This document shows positions 18,345 through 27,619 of a stretch of DNA of 64,000 nt, piece after piece (the first letter of the stretch is position 1; every line of letters starts with the position of its first letter). Origin of the DNA: Steroidobacteraceae bacterium (GTDB taxonomy: Bacteria; Pseudomonadota; Gammaproteobacteria; Steroidobacterales; Steroidobacteraceae); the NCBI GenBank assembly GCA_019187495.1, contig JABAQN010000009.1:34934-98933 (forward strand). Reading direction: 5' to 3'. A model generated the notes under the pieces. The model was not told where the DNA came from, searched no databases, and worked only from the letters and a program-made list of their open reading frames with translations. Both the position numbers and the translations under genes were made by a program.

Positions 18345-19453
18345 AGGCGCCGCGGCTACTGAATGTACGGGCAGCGGTCTGTCACGGCGTCGGTGAACCG
18401 TTACGGCTCGAAACCGTCCAACTCGCACCGCCGGCCGCGGACGAAGTGCTGATCGAGATCAAGGCGAGCGGTCTGTGCCATTCCGACTATCACCAGATGA
18501 CCGGTGTGAGCACGCCATACCCGTTTCCGGTCATCCTCGGCCATGAAGGCGCAGGTGTGGTCGCTGAGTGCGGCGCCGCCGTCGAGACGGTGCGCCCCGG
18601 CGACCATGTGGTGCCGCTGTCCATCGGCGAGTGTGGCCACTGCCGCAACTGCCGCTCCGGCAAAACCAATCTTTGCCTGGAATTCTTCGCGGGAATGCAG
18701 GCGCCGCCCCGGCGCTTTTCGATCGACGGCCGACCGGTCGCCGCCTACGCGAACAATGGCACTTTCGCCAGCTTCATCGTGATGAAAGAGCGGAACGTCG
18801 CCCGGATCCGCCGCGATGTTGCCTTCGATCTGGCCTGCACCATCGGCTGCGCCGTCGCCACAGGCGTTGGCGCCGTGCTCTACACCGCGCGCGTGGAGCG
18901 CAACGCCAGCGTCGCGGTTTTCGGTCTCGGCGGTATCGGCCTGAATGTCGTGCAGGGTGCCAGGCATGCCGGCGCAACCATGATCATCGGCATCGATGTG
19001 AATCCGGCACGCGAGGTGCTCGCACGACGCTTCGGAGCCACGCATTTCATCAATCCGCAGCAGCAATCGGGCAATGTCGTCGAGCACCTGCGTGCGCTGA
19101 CTGGCGGCGGAGTCGACTACAGCTTTGAGTGCGTCGGCTCGACACAGCTGATGTTCCAGGCGCTCGAGTGCACGCGTGCTGGGTGGGGCGTATGCACCGC
19201 ACTCGGTGTGCCGCCTGATGGCGAGAGGCTGCCCATACTGCCCTTCGATCTGCAGCTCGGACGCACTTTGAAGGGCTCTTTCCTGGGCAACGTCAAGACG
19301 CGCAGCCAGCTTCCGGGATTGCTGGATCTGTACGCCGACGGCGAGCTCAATCTGGCCGATCTCGTCACCCACCGTTTGCCCCTCGAGCGCATCAATGAGG
19401 GATTCGATCTCCTGCGCGAGGGTCGCTCGGTACGGACGGTTGTGACATTCTGA
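18341..19453 (+). CDS. Zn-dependent alcohol dehydrogenase (class III-like MDR)
   Basis: 370-aa ORF with GLCHSDYH, GHEGAGVV, the structural-Zn motif CGHCRNCRSGKTNLC and the Rossmann segment VFGLGGIGLNVVQGA. Confidence 0.92.
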   Translation: MKAPRLLNVRAAVCHGVGEPLRLETVQLAPPAADEVLIEIKASGLCHSDYHQMTGVSTPYPFPVILGHEGAGVVAECGAAVETVRPGDHVVPLSIGECGHCRNCRSGKTNLCLEFFAGMQAPPRRFSIDGRPVAAYANNGTFASFIVMKERNVARIRRDVAFDLACTIGCAVATGVGAVLYTARVERNASVAVFGLGGIGLNVVQGARHAGATMIIGIDVNPAREVLARRFGATHFINPQQQSGNVVEHLRALTGGGVDYSFECVGSTQLMFQALECTRAGWGVCTALGVPPDGERLPILPFDLQLGRTLKGSFLGNVKTRSQLPGLLDLYADGELNLADLVTHRLPLERINEGFDLLREGRSVRTVVTF

Positions 19454-19462
19454 GAGGTCGCA

Positions 19463-19603
19463 TCACCCGAGCGCACGCCGGTAAGCCGAAGGCGAGCGCT
19501 CTGCCCAGACCCTGGATGCGCGCGTGAAAGTCGCCACGTCGCTGATGTCCGGATGCGCGGCGACACCGTAAAGTTGGCAGTCATCTTTGCAGATGTGAAT
19601 AGA
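19463..19603 (-). pseudogene. 3'-terminal remnant of an AraC-family regulator gene
   Basis: Own translation of the 46 codons between two stops: SIHICKDDCQLYGVAAHPDISDVATFTRASRVWAERSPSAYRRALG*. The tail SDVxxFxRAxRxWxxRxxSxYR matches the C-termini of the two intact AraC genes in this window (e.g. GYSDVSNFRRAFRSWTGRRISDYR). There is no upstream continuation. Confidence 0.6.
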
Positions 19604-19706
19604 TCATATTTGCCAATGCACGAGCATGACCACCCCAGTCAATAATGGGGCTCAGGTGTCAGGACTCCATGGATAGCGGTCAAATGCGCCTTTCCCGCCT
19701 GCCGGA

Positions 19707-21359
19707 ATGTCAAGCTTGAGCACCAGAAGCACCTTTGATTTTGTCGAAGCGCCCGCGATCGTCCATGCCGACACGCTGGACTGGGAATTTGCCGCCGACG
19801 TGATCGTCGTGGGCCTGGGAGCCGCCGGCGCCGCTGCAGCGATCGAAGCGGCCGACCACGGCGCGAGCGTGCTCGTGCTGGACCGGCTGAATGGCGGCGG
19901 CGCATCCGCCCTGTCGGGCGGGGTGATCTATGCCGGCGGCGGCACACGGCAGCAGCGCTAGGCCGGAGTCGCGGACGATCCGGACAATATGTTCCGTTAC
20001 CTGAAGGAGCAGGTCGCGGGGATCATCAGCGACGGGACGCTGCGGGATTTCTGCAGGCAGAGCGCGAGCGGCCTCGCCTGGCTCGAGGACCAGGGCGTGC
20101 GCTTCTCGAGTCGAATGATGACGGGGAAGAATTCCTTCCCCGGTGGCGCCTGGGGCCTCTACTTCTCGGGCAACGAAGCCAACGCGCCCTACTCCGATCG
20201 GGCAGTTCCGGCACCGCGAGGGCATATCGTGCAGGCACGCGGGTATGCGACGGGCCACGGCCTGATGAAGGCCCTGATCGGCACGATCGGGCGGCGCCTG
20301 CGCGGCCGAGTCGCCGTCGTCGATCATTGCGAAGTGTTCCAGCTGCTGGTGGACGCCCGGGGAACGATCCTCGGCCTGCGCTGCCGGCGCGTGAAGAGCC
20401 GCATCGCCCGCGGACTGTGCCGCTTCGTCAATCGCATCGCCAACGGTTTCATGATGGGTATGCCAGGGACCGGCAGCGCCATCCGTCGATTGGCGCGGCA
20501 TTTCAGCGGGCGCCGGGAAGTCATGGCGGTCCGGGCAGGCCGCGGTGTGGTGCTCGCGACCGGTGGCTTCGTCTTCAATCGCCCCATGGTGGAGGCCGCG
20601 ACACGGGGAAGGGTCTACTCGCCCATGCCATTGGGTGAGGAGTGCCACGGCAGCGGGATCGCACTCGGGCAGAGTGTGGGCGGCACCGTCGACCGCATGG
20701 ACCGCCTGACCTACTGGCGCTTCTTCGCGCCTCCCGTGCATTTCCTGCATGCGATCCTGGTCGGACCTGATGGGGGGCGCATCTGCAACGAAGCGCTGTA
20801 CGGCGCGACGGTCGCCGACCGGATGATCGAGCGCTCCGGGGGTCGCGGCTGGCTGATCCTGGACCATGCGACCTTGCAAGAGGTACGTGCGGACCTGAGG
20901 AAGAGAATGCCCGTCGTGCAGAAGATCCTCGGCTGGCTCTACTTGAATCGCTGCCGGACCAGCGCGCCGGATCTGGCGGCGCTGGCGGACCGTCTCGACA
21001 TCGACCCCACGGCATTGGCGGGAACCGTCGCCGACTACAACCACCGCATCGAAGCAGGCCGCGGCGACGAATTCGGCAAATCGGCCGCCTATCGCTCGGT
21101 GCTCGCCGTGGGGCCCTGGCACGCCGTGGACGTCAGCATCGGCGCGCCTGGCAATCCCTGTTTCTCACTCACGCTGGGCGGCCTGCGGGTGGAAGAGGCA
21201 AGCGGCCAGGTGCTCGGTGAAAGCGGCGTCATCCGCGGTCTGTACGCGGCCGGGCGCAGCGCCGTCGGCATCTGCTCCCACACCTATATCAGCGGCCTCT
21301 CGCTCGCGGACTGCGTGTTCAGCGGTCGCCGTGCGGGTCGGCATGCGGCGCAGCAGTGA
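19707..21359 (+). pseudogene. FAD-dependent oxidoreductase of the 3-ketosteroid-delta1-dehydrogenase / fumarate-reductase flavoprotein type, interrupted by an in-frame TAG at 19959..19961
   Basis: ORFs 19707..19961 and 19989..21359 are in the same frame. Read-through gives ..DVIVVGLGAAGAAAAIEAADHGASVLVLDRLNGGGASALSGGVIYAGGGTRQQR*AGVADDPDNMFRYLKEQV.., a continuous KstD-like N-terminus. The dinucleotide-binding fold is entirely upstream of the stop. Confidence 0.8.
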
Positions 21360-21404
21360 GCCAAGCATCGCCTCGAGAAGGGCCCGGAGTCCTGTCCGCC
21401 CCTC

Positions 21405-22265
21405 TTATTCACCGGTGTCCGGGATGGCAACGTAAGCATGGGGAGGAATCACCGGCGGCGGCAGCAGATCCCGGCCGTCCAGCGAATGCACCGGAAGCTG
21501 CATGGCCAGCGGGAAGTGCAGGCTGTACGCCACGAGCCCTGTGCGCTCTGCGGCGGGCCGATGGCACAGCGCCAGGGCGGTTTCCGCCAGATACTCGACA
21601 GGTTCAGTGGGGTAGTCCGCCGGCGTCCAGCGATCGGCACCCGGGGTGCGGATGGCCGTGCTCGGTGAGACGGCATTGACCGCGATGTTGTCCGCCTGCA
21701 GTTCGGCGGCGAGACCCTGGGTGAAGCGATGGACTGCGGCCTTGGCGGCGGCATAGAGGGTGGCGCCTCCCAGGCGCGCGAAGATGTCGTAAGGCCTGGC
21801 GGGGGGCAGCGCGGTGCAGGAGCCGAGCATCACGATCCATCCGGCGCCGCGCTTGCGCATCTGCGGTACTGCCTGCTTGACGAGCGCGAACGGGGCGCGC
21901 AGATAGTGGTCGATAGTGGTGTCGAACATGGCCATGGGCATCTCGACCGTGGGAGCGTAGTCGGCGATGCCGGCGTTGTTCACCAGGATGTCGAGGCCGC
22001 CGGCCGCTTCGACCGTGCGGTCCACCAGGCTGTCGCGTTCGACGGGCTTTTCCAGATTGGCAGCCAGTGCGATCGCGCGCCCTCCGGCAGCTTCGATCAG
22101 GGACACCGTTTCCATCAGCGTCCCGGCGAACTCCGTCGCGCGATCCAGGCTGCGCGCCGTGACCACCACCGTGGCGCCCTCACTCGCGAGGCGCCGGGCG
22201 ATGGCCCGGCCGATGCCGCGGCTCGCGCCAGTGACCAGGGCGATCCTGCCTTGTAAAAGGTTCAT
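21405..22265 (-). CDS. SDR family oxidoreductase (286 aa, extended C-terminus)
   Basis: GRIALVTGASRGIGRAIARRLASEGATVVVTARS ... YAAAKAAV. It starts 12 nt after the PQQ dehydrogenase stop. Confidence 0.9.
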   Translation of the reverse strand: MNLLQGRIALVTGASRGIGRAIARRLASEGATVVVTARSLDRATEFAGTLMETVSLIEAAGGRAIALAANLEKPVERDSLVDRTVEAAGGLDILVNNAGIADYAPTVEMPMAMFDTTIDHYLRAPFALVKQAVPQMRKRGAGWIVMLGSCTALPPARPYDIFARLGGATLYAAAKAAVHRFTQGLAAELQADNIAVNAVSPSTAIRTPGADRWTPADYPTEPVEYLAETALALCHRPAAERTGLVAYSLHFPLAMQLPVHSLDGRDLLPPPVIPPHAYVAIPDTGE

Positions 22266-22277
22266 CGTCTCTCCCCA

Positions 22278-24662
22278 CTACGGGGAGGCAAACCCGGCCT
22301 GGTCCGGCAACGCGAACGCCATGACGTAGTCGCCGATCTTCGTGCCCATGAACTGGTGGCCCCCGGCGGCGATCACCACGTACTGCTTGCCCGTGCGCCC
22401 GGATACATAGGTCATCGCGGACGCCTGCCCTCCCGCCGGCAACCGCCCCTTCCAGAGCTCACGACCGGTCGTCACGTCGAAGGCACGCAGGTAGTTGTCG
22501 ATCGCAGCGCCGATGAACACCACGCCGCTGCGGGTGACGGTCGCTCCGCCGATGCTGAATACGCCGCGCACCGAAATGCCTAAAGGTGCGGTATCGCGCG
22601 TCGTGCCGAACGGCTCCTCCCAGAGCAGCTTGCGCGTGTCGAGATCGACCGCGGCGAGCTTGCCCCATGGCGGCGCATGGCAAGGGAAGCCGAGACGTGA
22701 CAGGAACGGACCGAACTCCGCGCCGTAGGGTGTGCCGAACTGCGGCGCCACGCTGAGGCCGCTGCCATGACCGTTGCCCGAGACCTGCATCCGCTCCACT
22801 TCCGCGCGCGGCACGAGGCGGTTGAGCAGCGGCATGTAGGAGGCGTTCACGATCATGATCCGCCGCCCCTCATCCACCGCCACACTGCCCCAGTCCATCG
22901 CGCCGAAGTTGCCGGGATACTGGATCGTGGGCGTCGTCGACGGCGGCGTGTACAACGCCTGGTAGCGCCGCTTGCGAAACTCGATGCGGCAGGCGAGCTG
23001 GTCGAGTTGCGTCGCGCCCCACATGTCCCGCTCGGTCAGCGGCTGCGGCGCAAAGCTCGGCATGCCGACCGAGAACGGTTGAGTCGGCGAGTAGCGCTCG
23101 CCGGGCACATCGCCCTGTGGCACCGCGCGTTCCTCGACTTTCGCCAGCGGATGACCATCGCGCCGGTCAAGCAGATACACCTCGCCCTGCTTCGTCGGCT
23201 GGATGAGCGCCGGCACCGTCTCGCCGTCGATCGGCAGATCGACGAGCACGGGCTGCGAGCCGACATCGTAGTCCCAGAGGTCGTGGTGTGAGGTCTGGAA
23301 CGACCAGCGCAGCTTGCCCGTCGCGGCCTCGAGTGCGATCACCGAGCTCGAGAAGCGATCGAACGACGCGGGACGCTGCGCGCCGTAGAAATCGGGCGGT
23401 GCATTGCCGGTCGGAATGTAGACGAGTCCGAGCGCGGGATCGGCGCTGAAGAGGCTCCAGGCATTCGGCGAACCGCGCGGATAGATCTCCCCTTCTTTCA
23501 ACGGCCCCATTTCAGCCGGTCGCGCGGCATCCCAGGCCCACAGCTGCTGCCCGGTGATCGCATCGAACGCGCGCACCACGCCCGAGGGTTCGTCTGTGGA
23601 AACTCCGTCGAGCACGAAACCACCGACGATCGCCGCATCGCCGACGATGGATGCCGGTGAGGTGACGAACTGGAAACCCGGAGTGACTTCCCCGAGATCG
23701 TAGCGCAGGGATATCTCGCCGTTCTTCCCGAAACTCTGGCAGCGTGCACCGGTCGCCGCATCGAGGGCGATCATGCGCGCGTCCAGAGTGGCGACAAGGA
23801 TGCGCCGCGGACAATCGGTCACGGCAGTGCGTGCCTCGTGGTAGGCGACGCCGCGGCATACCGCCATGACGACTCCCGTGACATCCACTTTCGGGTCGTG
23901 GCGCCACTTCTCCTTGCCCGTGTCGGCATCGAGGGCGACCACGATGTCACGCGGCGTGCAGAAATACAGCGTATCGCCCACCTTCAGCGGAGTCGCCTCG
24001 AAGAGGTAAGCGGGCTGTTTGCCCGGGTAGTTCTCCGGCAGGTCACCCGAACGGTACTGCCAGGCCAGCTCGAGTCGATGCACGTTCTCGGGCGTGATCG
24101 CGGTGGCCGTCGAATAGCGCGTGCCGGATTCACTCGCGCCATACGCCGTCCAGTCGGTGCCGCCCTGTGCCTGCGTTGGCGAGGGCTGCGCCGTCGACGC
24201 AGCCGATGCTGCCGGCGGATTCAGCATCCGGCTCGCACGCCAGCCGAGCCCGAGCACGACGAGCGCGGCGAGCACCACCAGCGTTGCTGCCGCCGACGCG
24301 GCGCCGCGCCGGCGCCCGTGCGGCGTCGTCTTGCCGATGAAGGCACCGCGCACCCAGGGCATCAACATGTAGAGCACGAGGGCGAGTGGCAGACCGAGTC
24401 TCGGGACCAGTTGCCAGAAATCGAACCCGACTTCGATGATCGCCCAGAGCAGCGTCGCGGCCAGCAGGCCGGCCGCAATCCACGCTGCGGACCGGCGTGC
24501 ACGCCACGCGAGCACGCCGGCCACGAACCACGCGAGCCCCGCGAGCAGGTAGTACCAGGAGCCGTCGAGGCTCGCGAGCCGCGCCCCGCCCACGATGAGA
24601 CAGGTTCCCACCGCGAGCATGACAAAACTCAATACTTTCAGGCCAATCTGTCGAATCTTCAT
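22278..24662 (-). CDS. Membrane-bound PQQ-dependent dehydrogenase, glucose/quinate/shikimate family
   Basis: Several N-terminal hydrophobic helices (MKIRQIGLKVLSFVMLAVGTCLIVGG..), then a beta-propeller with HHDLWDYDVGSQPVLVDL. Start moved to 24662 because GAGGAG lies 7 nt upstream and the N-terminus then aligns with the paralogue at 50773. The ORF-track start is 24701. Confidence 0.88.
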   Translation of the reverse strand: MKIRQIGLKVLSFVMLAVGTCLIVGGARLASLDGSWYYLLAGLAWFVAGVLAWRARRSAAWIAAGLLAATLLWAIIEVGFDFWQLVPRLGLPLALVLYMLMPWVRGAFIGKTTPHGRRRGAASAAATLVVLAALVVLGLGWRASRMLNPPAASAASTAQPSPTQAQGGTDWTAYGASESGTRYSTATAITPENVHRLELAWQYRSGDLPENYPGKQPAYLFEATPLKVGDTLYFCTPRDIVVALDADTGKEKWRHDPKVDVTGVVMAVCRGVAYHEARTAVTDCPRRILVATLDARMIALDAATGARCQSFGKNGEISLRYDLGEVTPGFQFVTSPASIVGDAAIVGGFVLDGVSTDEPSGVVRAFDAITGQQLWAWDAARPAEMGPLKEGEIYPRGSPNAWSLFSADPALGLVYIPTGNAPPDFYGAQRPASFDRFSSSVIALEAATGKLRWSFQTSHHDLWDYDVGSQPVLVDLPIDGETVPALIQPTKQGEVYLLDRRDGHPLAKVEERAVPQGDVPGERYSPTQPFSVGMPSFAPQPLTERDMWGATQLDQLACRIEFRKRRYQALYTPPSTTPTIQYPGNFGAMDWGSVAVDEGRRIMIVNASYMPLLNRLVPRAEVERMQVSGNGHGSGLSVAPQFGTPYGAEFGPFLSRLGFPCHAPPWGKLAAVDLDTRKLLWEEPFGTTRDTAPLGISVRGVFSIGGATVTRSGVVFIGAAIDNYLRAFDVTTGRELWKGRLPAGGQASAMTYVSGRTGKQYVVIAAGGHQFMGTKIGDYVMAFALPDQAGFASP

Positions 24663-24721
24663 TGCACGACTCCTCGATAATGCAAGCCTACCTCGTTTCA
24701 AGGCGCGCGGAGGTACCGCTC

Positions 24722-27619
24722 ATGGCGATCGAGTTCACTCGGCGGACTTTTCTCACCGGGGCGGGCGGCGCAGTCGCACTCTCGCTGGGGTATCTAGGCT
24801 GGCGGGTCTCGCAACCGAACGGCACATCGGCCGTACCGCCGGCGAGCGGCACGCCCGGGAGCCCCATTCCGCGCATCGCCTACGCGAGCTACGAGGATAT
24901 CTGGCGCGCGAAGTGGCGCTGGGACAGCGTCGCGAAGAGCACGCATTTCGTGAATTGCTGGTACCAGCGCGGCTGCAACTGGAACGTGTACGTCAGGGAC
25001 GGCATCGTCTGGCGCGAGGAGCAATCCGGCACCTACGAACAAATCGACGCGAAGATCCCCGACTACAACCCCCGTGGCTGCCAGAAAGGCGCGTGCTACT
25101 CCGAGCGCATGTACGACGGCGCGCGCCTCAGATATCCCCTGAAGCGCGTCGGTGAGCGTGGCGAAGGAAAATGGCAGCGCGTGAGCTGGGACGAGGGCCT
25201 GCGCGAGGTCGCCGATCGCATCATCGATGTGCTCACCTCCGACGGCCCCGGCGCCATCACCTGGGATCCCGGCACCGCCAACACCGGCGGCTGCAACGGG
25301 ATCGGCACGTTGCGCGCCGCGCACCTCCTCGACACGCCCGTGATCGACGTCAACGCCGACGTGGGCGATCACCATCCGGGTGCCCAGGCCACGGTCGGCA
25401 AGATTTCCTTTTCGGCCTCGATGGATGACCTCTTCCATTCCGACCTGATCCTCATCTGGGGCGGCAACCCGATCTACACGCAGATTCCGAACGCCCACTT
25501 CATCACGGAAGCGCGCTACAACGGCGCACGCATCGTCACGATCGCCCCGGACTACAGCGCCTCGGCGATCCATGCCGACGCCTGGATACCGGTGAATCCC
25601 GGCAGCGATGCGGCGCTCGCCCTTTCCATGGCCCATGTCATCGTGGCGGAGAACCTGCACGACACGGGCTTCATCCGCGAGCAGACCGATCTGCCACTGC
25701 TCGTGCGGCTCGATACGCGCAAGCTCCTGCGCGCGAGCGATCTCGAGCGCGGCGGGCGCGACGATCGATTCTGGATCTTCGACACCGCGACCCGGCGCCT
25801 GCAGCCTGCGAACCACAAGACGCTGGCACTCGGCGAACGACTGCCCGCGCTCGAAGGCGAGTATCAGGTCGACACGCTGCAAGGCCGCGTGAGCGTCACG
25901 CCGGCCTTCGCGCTGCTGCGTGCGCAGCTCGCGCAGAACTCGCCGGAGAAGGCGGCGGCGATCACCGGTGTCGATCCGGACGTCGTACGGGATCTCGCCC
26001 GCCGGATCGCGGCCGCGCGGGCCGCAACCTGCCTCACGCAGTCCAACTTCTCCAAGTACTACCACGGCCTCGAAATGGAGCGCTGCCAGATCCTCGTGCT
26101 GACTCTGTGCGGACAGATCGGGCGCAAGGGCAGCGGCATCACGGGCTTTCCCGCCATGGCCGCGAGCGGCATCGATGCCGTCTCGGCCGCGCCGGGCTCG
26201 CTGACTCCGAAGCTCGGCGCGATGCTGCTCGAGATGAAGGCGATGCCTCGTGCCCTGCAGGCGAAACTCGCGGGCCTCACCGACGAAATGATCGCGTACG
26301 AACTGATGCGCGATTTCTATCGCAGCGGCAATCTCGTCTCCGGCAATCTCTTCTGGCATCAGGTGGGGCTCGGCGATCTCTACGGCAGTTCCGCCCGCTG
26401 GGACCCGAGCATGAAGCGCGAACTCTGCGCCTTCCTCGAGGATGCCTTCAGGGAAGGCTGGCAGATCCAGCCCTCGACGACGCGCCAGCGAATCTTCCTC
26501 GAGGTGGGCGGCAACATCCTGCGCCGCACACGGGCCTACGACCGGCTCCAGGAAAGTTTCATCGCCGGCCTCGACCTGCTGGTGACGCTCGACTGGCGGA
26601 TGAGCAATACGGCGTTGCACAGCGACTATGTGTTCCCGGCCGCCGGCTGGTACGAAAAGGACGATATCACCTGGGCGACGCCGCTCGCGCCATATGCCCA
26701 CGTGGTGACGCGCGCGGTGCCGCCGCTCGCCGAATCGAAGTCCGACTGGGCGTTCAACGCGCTCCTGATGAAAACCGTGCAGCAGCGTGCACGCGAGCGC
26801 GGCATCCGCGACTTCACCGATCGCGCCGGCAAGACGCGCCGCCTCGACGAGGTGTTCGACCAGTTCAGCTTCGGCGGTCGCTTCGACGAACTCGGCGAAG
26901 AGAAGATGATGCAGGAACTGATGTCCATGGTGGACAACCTCGGCGGCATCAGCTGGGAGGAGATCAGGAAGAAGGGATATGCGCGCTACACCGGTCTCGG
27001 CACGCAGTTCCTGAACCTCGGCAACGCCACCGACATCAAGGCCGACGAAACGATCACCGCCAACACCTGGCACACTGAGAAGAAGCAGCCCTGGCCGACG
27101 CTCACGCGGCGCATCCAGTTCTATATCGACCATCCATTCTTCCTCGAGCAGGGCGAACAACTGCCCTCGCACAAGGACAGCCCCGCGATCGGGGGCGCCT
27201 ACCCGCTGCGCATGACCTGCGCGCACGCGCGCTGGTCGATCCACGCGAGCTGGCGCGATGACAAGTACCTGCTGCGCCTGCAGCGTGGCGAACCCGAGAT
27301 CCAGATCGGAACCCGGGACGCGGCGCGCCGCGGCATCGTCGACGGCGACCGGGTACGCGTCTACAATGACATCGGCTCCTTCAAGACGCTGGCGAAAGTG
27401 GTACCTGGACTGCGCCCCGGGCAGGTGCTCGTCCATCACGCCTGGGAACCCTTCCAGTATGAGGACGGCAAGTCTTACGCGACCGTGACAGCCAACCCTC
27501 TCAATCCGCTGCAGCTCGCCGGTGGCTATTTCCACCTGCAGCCCCTGCCGAATGCCGGCACACCGGGACCGGCGGACCGGGACACGGTCGTCGAGGTCGA
27601 GCGCATGATATCGGCATGA
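24722..27619 (+). CDS. Type II DMSO-reductase-family molybdopterin oxidoreductase alpha subunit (NarG/EbdA/steroid C25 dehydrogenase-like), orphan copy
   Basis: Start at MAIEFTRRTFLTGAGGAV (twin-arginine motif; GGAGG 8 nt upstream). It carries the His/Cys FS0-type motif HFVNCWYQRGC..GCQKGAC. The segment DDLFHSDLILIWGGNPIYTQIPNAHFITEARYNGARIVTIAPDYSASAIHAD aligns with the recalled NarG region ADWYNSSYIIAWGSNVPQTRTPDAHFFTEVRYKG.. No beta or gamma genes are adjacent. Confidence 0.88.
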   Translation: MAIEFTRRTFLTGAGGAVALSLGYLGWRVSQPNGTSAVPPASGTPGSPIPRIAYASYEDIWRAKWRWDSVAKSTHFVNCWYQRGCNWNVYVRDGIVWREEQSGTYEQIDAKIPDYNPRGCQKGACYSERMYDGARLRYPLKRVGERGEGKWQRVSWDEGLREVADRIIDVLTSDGPGAITWDPGTANTGGCNGIGTLRAAHLLDTPVIDVNADVGDHHPGAQATVGKISFSASMDDLFHSDLILIWGGNPIYTQIPNAHFITEARYNGARIVTIAPDYSASAIHADAWIPVNPGSDAALALSMAHVIVAENLHDTGFIREQTDLPLLVRLDTRKLLRASDLERGGRDDRFWIFDTATRRLQPANHKTLALGERLPALEGEYQVDTLQGRVSVTPAFALLRAQLAQNSPEKAAAITGVDPDVVRDLARRIAAARAATCLTQSNFSKYYHGLEMERCQILVLTLCGQIGRKGSGITGFPAMAASGIDAVSAAPGSLTPKLGAMLLEMKAMPRALQAKLAGLTDEMIAYELMRDFYRSGNLVSGNLFWHQVGLGDLYGSSARWDPSMKRELCAFLEDAFREGWQIQPSTTRQRIFLEVGGNILRRTRAYDRLQESFIAGLDLLVTLDWRMSNTALHSDYVFPAAGWYEKDDITWATPLAPYAHVVTRAVPPLAESKSDWAFNALLMKTVQQRARERGIRDFTDRAGKTRRLDEVFDQFSFGGRFDELGEEKMMQELMSMVDNLGGISWEEIRKKGYARYTGLGTQFLNLGNATDIKADETITANTWHTEKKQPWPTLTRRIQFYIDHPFFLEQGEQLPSHKDSPAIGGAYPLRMTCAHARWSIHASWRDDKYLLRLQRGEPEIQIGTRDAARRGIVDGDRVRVYNDIGSFKTLAKVVPGLRPGQVLVHHAWEPFQYEDGKSYATVTANPLNPLQLAGGYFHLQPLPNAGTPGPADRDTVVEVERMISA
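24911..24993 (+). repeat. 83-nt block identical to the reverse complement of 41081..41163 (arm 1 of an inverted repeat)
   Basis: Compared base by base. Both arms read aagtggcgctgggacagcgtcgcgaagagcacgcatttcgtgaattgctggtaccagcgcggctgcaactggaacgtgtacgt, encoding KWRWDSVAKSTHFVNCWYQRGCNWNVYV. Confidence 0.95.

Noticed and set aside
24794-27535. 913-aa antisense ORF within the orphan alpha gene. Equivalent ORFs are 38179..41397(+) 1072 aa, 42921..44924(+) 667 aa, 30545..32485(+) 646 aa, 12221..13681(-) 486 aa and 50707..52845(-) 712 aa.
   Set aside because: All lie opposite genes with strong family motifs. They have Arg/Gly/Ala/Asp-dominated sequences without recognisable domains. Long open antisense frames are expected at this GC content.
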